Shown here in pieces: positions 27,711-32,000 of a stretch of 32,000 nucleotides of DNA. A program made the position numbers and the translations under genes. The notes beneath the pieces were generated by a model. It had not been told where the DNA came from, ran no database searches, and saw nothing but the letters and a program-made list of their open reading frames with translations. How positions within the stretch are numbered: the stretch's first letter is position 1; each line of letters begins with the position of its first letter. This DNA is from Delftia acidovorans NBRC 14950 (GTDB lineage: Bacteria > Pseudomonadota > Gammaproteobacteria > Burkholderiales > Burkholderiaceae_C), in NCBI RefSeq assembly GCF_001598795.1, contig NZ_BCZP01000003.1, positions 270,001 to 302,000 on the forward strand. The letters are read 5' to 3'.

Positions 27711-29015
27711 GTGACGAGCCTGCAAGACTGCCTCACCCTCGATGCGCAAGACCCGCTGCGCGCCCTGCGCGACCAATTCACGCTGCCCGAAGGCGTGATC
27801 TACCTTGACGGCAATTCGCTGGGCGCCAGCCCCCGCGCCGCCGCCGCGCGCGTGGCCGAGGTGGTGCAGCAGGAATGGGCCCAGGGCCTGATCCGCTCGT
27901 GGAACGACGCCGGCTGGATCAGCCTGCCCCAGCGCCTGGGCGACCAGTTCGCCCCCTGGCTGGGCGTGGGCGCGGGTGAGCTGGTGTTCACCGACACGGC
28001 CTCCATCAACCTCTACAAGGTACTGTCGGCGGCGGCCCGCATTGCGCGCGAGGACGCGCCGCAGCGCAAGCGCCTGATCAGCGAGCGCAGCAACTTCCCC
28101 ACCGACCTCTATATCGCCCAGTCGGTCTGCCAGGAATACGGCCTGGAGCTGGTGCTGCTCGAACCCGAGGAAATTGCCGGCGCGCTGACCGACGAGGTGG
28201 CCATCTGCATGCTCACCCATGTCAACTACCGCACGGGCGCCATGCACGACATGGCTGCCGTGACGGCTGCCGCGCAGGGCAAGGGCATTCTCTGCGTCTG
28301 GGACCTGTGCCACAGCGCAGGCGCCGTGCCTGTCGATCTCAAGGGCGCGAATGCAGACTTCGCCATTGGCTGCAGCTACAAGTACCTCAACGGCGGCCCG
28401 GGCGCGCCGGCCTTTGTCTGGGCCAACCCGCGCCTGATCAACCGCTTCTGGCAACCGCTGTCGGGCTGGTTCGGCCATGCCGAGCCTTTCAAGTTCGTGC
28501 CGGACTACCACCCGGCCCAGGGCATACAGCGCTACCTGTGCGGCACCCAGCCCATGGTCAGCCTGAGCGTGCTGCAGTGCGGCCTGGACGTGTTCACGGC
28601 CGTGGAGCCGCTGGGCGGCATGGACGCGCTGCGCAACAAGTCGCTGGCGCTGACCGACCTGTTCATCGCCCTGGTCGAGGAACGCTGCCAGGGCCACGGC
28701 CTGGGCCTGGCCACGCCGCGCGAGCACGGCCGGCGCGGCTCCCAGGTCTGCCTCACTCGCGAGGAAGGGCTGGGCGTGGACGGCAAGGACAGCGGTGCCT
28801 ATGCCATCGTGCAGGCGCTGATCGCGCGCGGCGTGATCGGCGACTTCCGCAAGGGCGACGGCACGGGCCTGCACAAGGACATCCTGCGCTTCGGCTTCAC
28901 GCCGCTGTACGTGGGATTCGAAGATGTCTGGCATTCCGTGGAGCACCTGCGACAGGTGCTGGAATCGGGCGAATGGCGCAAGCCGGAGTTCAACCGCGTC
29001 AATGCGGTGACCTGA
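27711..29015 (+). CDS. kynU: Kynureninase
   Basis: The GTG start is preceded by aaggaga at -11 to -5. VTSLQDCLTLDAQDPLRALRDQFTLPEGVIYLDGNSLGASP closely matches the remembered Pseudomonas KynU N-terminus. DLCHSAGAVPVDL and FAIGCSYKYLNGGPGAP carry the PLP Lys motif SYKYLN. Confidence 0.92.
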   Translation: MTSLQDCLTLDAQDPLRALRDQFTLPEGVIYLDGNSLGASPRAAAARVAEVVQQEWAQGLIRSWNDAGWISLPQRLGDQFAPWLGVGAGELVFTDTASINLYKVLSAAARIAREDAPQRKRLISERSNFPTDLYIAQSVCQEYGLELVLLEPEEIAGALTDEVAICMLTHVNYRTGAMHDMAAVTAAAQGKGILCVWDLCHSAGAVPVDLKGANADFAIGCSYKYLNGGPGAPAFVWANPRLINRFWQPLSGWFGHAEPFKFVPDYHPAQGIQRYLCGTQPMVSLSVLQCGLDVFTAVEPLGGMDALRNKSLALTDLFIALVEERCQGHGLGLATPREHGRRGSQVCLTREEGLGVDGKDSGAYAIVQALIARGVIGDFRKGDGTGLHKDILRFGFTPLYVGFEDVWHSVEHLRQVLESGEWRKPEFNRVNAVT

Positions 29016-29032
29016 AGCCTGAAGCCCGGCGC

Positions 29033-30037
29033 TCAGAACGCCGTGGACGACAGCGAGGCCCAGAGATGGGCCGCGACCAGGGCGCGCCAGGGCGCGAAGT
29101 CCCGCAGCCACAACTCGGTCTGCACCGCGTCCATGGCGTCCGTCTTCAGCAGCAGGGCCAGGGCCCGGCGCACGGCCACATCGCCATGCAGCGGGCCGTC
29201 CAGGTGTCCATAGCCGCGCAGCAGCATGTAGTTCACGGTCCACGGGCCTATGCCCTTGAGGGCCAGCAGCCGCTCGCGGATCTCGGCCACCGGCAATTCA
29301 GGCAGGGCCGCCCAGTCATCCAGCGGCAATTCACCCGACTGCACGGCCTGGGCCAGCAGGCGCAGCGTGTGCGTCTTGCTCCGCGAAAAGCCGGCTGCGC
29401 GCAAATCCTCCTCACCGAGCTGCGCCAGCTGGGCGGCCTCCGGCATGCACCACAGCTGCTGCGGCGCGTCGGCATGGCCATCGTGCAGCGCCACCGGCTG
29501 GCCGGCTGCGGCGATCAGGCGGCGGCGCAGCGACACGGCTGCCGCCACGCTGATCTGCTGCCCGGTGACGGCCCAGCTCAGCGCCTCCCAGGGCGTGCAG
29601 GCCGCCGGCACATGCAGGCCACGCTGGCGCGCCAGCAGCGGCCCCAGCCGCGCATGGCGGCCAAAACGGCGCTCGAATTCGCCCACATCCTGGGACAGTC
29701 CGAACATGCGCCGCAGCATGGCGGCCAGCACATCGTCCATGCCGGTGATGGCGCCTGCACCGGCGGGCAGGCGCCATCGGGCCTGCACCACGGCCGCCTC
29801 TTCGCAATGCTGCGTCAGCTCCAGGGTCAGCAGCGTGGGAAGGCCTTTCCACATCAGGCCCTTGTGCATGCGGATGGTGTCGCCGTCCTGCAGATCGCAT
29901 TCGGACAGGCGCTGGGCATCGCGCCGGTGAAAGCCCCAGAACTCGTTCATGCGGTAGCCGGCCGGCAGCGTCAGTTGCTGCTGCGCCTGATGGATCTGGC
30001 CGGTGCCACGCCCTTGTCCTTGTCCTTGCCCGCTCAT
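29033..30037 (-). CDS. alkA: DNA-3-methyladenine glycosylase II (AlkA family, HhH-GPD)
   Basis: The ATG at 30037 overlaps the ada-like stop (ATGA). The N-terminal AlkA_N-like region reads LTLPAGYRMNEFWGFHRRD. The HhH-GPD core reads WEALSWAVTGQQISVAAAVSLRRRL...LRAAGFSRSKTHTLRLLAQAV...LLALKGIGPWTVNYMLLRGYGHLDGPLHGDVAVRRAL. The rest of the 619-aa track ORF is out-of-frame shadow of the ada-like gene. Confidence 0.85.
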   Translation of the reverse strand: MSGQGQGQGRGTGQIHQAQQQLTLPAGYRMNEFWGFHRRDAQRLSECDLQDGDTIRMHKGLMWKGLPTLLTLELTQHCEEAAVVQARWRLPAGAGAITGMDDVLAAMLRRMFGLSQDVGEFERRFGRHARLGPLLARQRGLHVPAACTPWEALSWAVTGQQISVAAAVSLRRRLIAAAGQPVALHDGHADAPQQLWCMPEAAQLAQLGEEDLRAAGFSRSKTHTLRLLAQAVQSGELPLDDWAALPELPVAEIRERLLALKGIGPWTVNYMLLRGYGHLDGPLHGDVAVRRALALLLKTDAMDAVQTELWLRDFAPWRALVAAHLWASLSSTAF

Positions 30038-30957
30038 GCGCTTCCTGCCTGGCGCAGCGGTGCGTGCCCAGCGTCCTTGCCAGCGGCCTCCTGCGCCTGG
30101 CGCGCCTCGCGCAGCAGCAGGGCACGCTTGCGCTCCACGCCCCAACGGTAGCCGGAGATGCTGCCGTCGTTGCGCACCACACGGTGGCAGGGCACGGCCA
30201 CGGCAATCGGGTTGGCAGCGACGGCGCTGGCCACGGCGCGGGCGCCCGTGGGCATGCCCAGGCGCAGGGCCAGTTCCGAATAGCTCAGGGTCTGGCCGGC
30301 CGGAATGGCGCACAGCGCCTGCCACACGCGCTGCTGGAAGACCGTGCCCTGCACGTCCAGCGGCAGCGCCAGGCCGCGGCGCGGCTGCTCGACCAGGGCC
30401 ACGACCTGGGCCACGGTGTGCTCGAAGCCCGCATCGCCGCCCACCAGCTCGGCCAGCGGAAAGCGCTGCTGCAGGTCCTGCACCAGGGCCTCGGCGTCGT
30501 CGCCCAGCAGCACGCAGCACACGCCGCGCTCGGTGCTGGCCACGAGGATGCTGCCCAGCGTGCATTCGGCCACGGCAAAGCGGATGGTCTGGCGCATGCC
30601 GCCGCGCCGGTAGTCGCCGGGCGCCATGCCCAGCATGGCGCCTGCGTCGCGGTAGAAACTGCTGCTGGCCGCATAGCCGCTGGAGTAGGCCGCATCGGTG
30701 ACCGAGTCGCTCTGGCCCGGCTGCAGCGCCGCGCGCAAGGCATGCGCGCGATGGGCCTTGGCATAGGCCTTGGGCGTGAGGCCCGTGGCCTGCTTGAACA
30801 ATCGGTGCAGTTGCCAGGGGCTCAGGCCCGAGCGTTCGGCCAGCTGGCCCAGGGCGGGTGGGGGCTCCTCGGTCTCCAGCCAGCGGCAGCATCGGGCCAC
30901 CAGGGCCGTGGGGTTGGCAGTGGCATCGCTGGCTTGATTCATGGCTTGGTTGGACAC
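30034..30957 (-). CDS. Ada-like AraC-HTH / O6-methylguanine-DNA methyltransferase fusion lacking the N-terminal Zn (methylphosphotriester) domain
   Basis: The AraC-type HTH reads [35 protein letters not shown]...[22 protein letters not shown]. The MGMT domain follows ([26 protein letters not shown]...[33 protein letters not shown]) with the PCHRV active site. By my recollection of E. coli Ada, the protein aligns from about residue 85 onward. The Cys4 Zn domain is absent, and only 148 bp of intergenic DNA lies upstream. Confidence 0.85.
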   Translation of the reverse strand: MSNQAMNQASDATANPTALVARCCRWLETEEPPPALGQLAERSGLSPWQLHRLFKQATGLTPKAYAKAHRAHALRAALQPGQSDSVTDAAYSSGYAASSSFYRDAGAMLGMAPGDYRRGGMRQTIRFAVAECTLGSILVASTERGVCCVLLGDDAEALVQDLQQRFPLAELVGGDAGFEHTVAQVVALVEQPRRGLALPLDVQGTVFQQRVWQALCAIPAGQTLSYSELALRLGMPTGARAVASAVAANPIAVAVPCHRVVRNDGSISGYRWGVERKRALLLREARQAQEAAGKDAGHAPLRQAGSA

Positions 30958-31105
30958 GGCATGTCTTTCTGGGTCATCGGATGCCCTACTCTACGCAGCC
31001 CGGAGCACCCGCGCATCCCGCTTCTTGCAACCCGCAGGATTTCAGCGCGGGATTCGGTTACGCTGCGCCCTGCATTTTCCGCGTCGAGACTTGCGAGACT
31101 CCCAC

Positions 31106-31981
31106 ATGACCACCGAACACTCCGGCTGCCCCATGAACAGCCCCGGCCGCACCGAATCCATCGTCAAAGAGGAGCGCGCCCAGTTGGACTTCAGCCAGTC
31201 CATGAGCTATGGCGACTACCTGCACCTGGACCAGATCCTCACGGCACAGCATCCGCTGTCGCCCGCGCATGACGAGATGCTGTTCATCATCCAGCACCAG
31301 ACCAGCGAGCTGTGGATGAAGCTGATGCTGCATGAGGTCCGAGCCGCCACGGCCGCCATCGCAGGCGGCACGCGTGCCGATGCCTTCAAGATGCTGGCCC
31401 GCGTGAGCCGCATCATGGAGCAACTGGTCAGCGCCTGGACCGTGCTGTCCACCATGACCCCGCCCGAGTACACGGCCATGCGTCCCTACCTGGCCAACTC
31501 CAGCGGCTTCCAAAGCTACCAGTACCGCTGCATCGAGTTCTCCCTGGGCAACAAGAACGCCGCCATGCTCCAGCCCCATGCCCACCGGCCCGACCTGCTG
31601 GCCCAGGTGGAGGCGGCATGGCGCTCGCCCTCGCTCTACGACGTATCCCTGCAGCTGCTGGCGCGCGAGGGCATCGACGTGCCCGCCGACCGGCTGGAGC
31701 GCGACTGGACCCAGCCCTACGAGGCCAGCGAGGGCGTCAAGCAGGCCTGGATCACCGTCTACCGCGATCCCCACAAGCACTGGGACCTGTATCAGCTTGG
31801 CGAAAAGCTGGCCGACATCGAGGACGCCTTCCGCCTGTGGCGCTTCCGCCACCTGACCACGGTGGAGCGCGTCATCGGCTTCAAGCGCGGCACAGGCGGC
31901 ACCGGTGGTGTCAGCTACCTGCGCAAGATGCTGGACGTGGTGCTGTTCCCCGAAATCTGGGCGCTGCGCACCGAGCTGTAA
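31106..31981 (+). CDS. kynA: Tryptophan 2,3-dioxygenase (copy 2)
   Basis: The protein reads [45 protein letters not shown]...[14 protein letters not shown]...GFQSYQYR...[31 protein letters not shown]. It is a full-length paralog of 22707..23567. The ATG at 31106 is in frame with track ORF 30941..31981. Confidence 0.92.
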   Translation: MTTEHSGCPMNSPGRTESIVKEERAQLDFSQSMSYGDYLHLDQILTAQHPLSPAHDEMLFIIQHQTSELWMKLMLHEVRAATAAIAGGTRADAFKMLARVSRIMEQLVSAWTVLSTMTPPEYTAMRPYLANSSGFQSYQYRCIEFSLGNKNAAMLQPHAHRPDLLAQVEAAWRSPSLYDVSLQLLAREGIDVPADRLERDWTQPYEASEGVKQAWITVYRDPHKHWDLYQLGEKLADIEDAFRLWRFRHLTTVERVIGFKRGTGGTGGVSYLRKMLDVVLFPEIWALRTEL

Positions 31982-32000
31982 GAACTGGCGGGCGCCACCG

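Noticed and set aside
29033-30892. The 619-aa ORF suggests an Ada-AlkA fusion protein.
   Set aside because: The portion upstream of ATG 30037 is a different frame of the ada-like gene (30034..30957), which itself has clear HTH and PCHRV motifs. The ATGA overlap at 30034-30037 gives a clean two-gene solution.
30958-31105. I searched the ada-like/kynA-2 spacer for an Ada box (AAT-N6-GCAA / AAAGCGCA type).
   Set aside because: Only AAT...GCAA with the wrong spacing (10 nt) was found, and the encoded protein lacks the N-terminal domain that reads Ada boxes in E. coli. The 7-bp inverted arms ATCCCGC/GCGGGAT (about 31014-31059) are noted, but they are too weak to call.

Overview
This is high-GC (roughly two-thirds G+C by eye) chromosomal DNA that looks betaproteobacterial, Comamonadaceae-like. 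That placement is an inference from gene content, such as an orphan Bug/TctC binding protein and the rpsT-murJ and hda-pcnB-folK arrangements. All calls come from reading the supplied translations against remembered family motifs; no searches were run.

Positions 1-19.3 kb are ordinary core genome:
- a DUF4124 secreted protein, an SDR-type Rossmann protein, a 2Fe-2S/FAD/NAD reductase and an orphan Bug/TctC binding protein
- a tightly overlapping minus-strand operon hda-HAD-pcnB-folK
- purM, an AI-2E-type permease, murJ plus a SirB1-like protein, rpsT, DUF3579 and argD-argF
- a Fur-box-controlled feoA-feoB-Cys-rich peptide operon and a YkgJ-type Cys-cluster protein

Positions 19.4-32 kb are the most interesting part, an expanded tryptophan -> kynurenine -> anthranilate locus. 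An Lrp/AsnC (KynR-like) regulator lies divergent from an operon of amino-acid permease, TyrB/AspC-type aminotransferase, tryptophan 2,3-dioxygenase (kynA copy 1, ATGA-coupled to the aminotransferase) and RidA. A LysE exporter and an AraC regulator follow, then a second paralogous permease with kynB and kynU. A convergent ada-like/alkA alkylation-repair pair comes next, and a second kynA copy sits at the window edge.

The two kynA copies share a 150-nt block of perfect nucleotide identity, although synonymous sites differ elsewhere. The two permeases share a 90-nt perfect block. Both point to gene conversion between paralogs.

I recognised no rRNA, tRNA, CRISPR array, IS element or integrase. 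I see no clearly unprecedented system. The best candidate for new biology is the aminotransferase/RidA/LysE-decorated, duplicated kynurenine locus, and that is offered as a hypothesis only.
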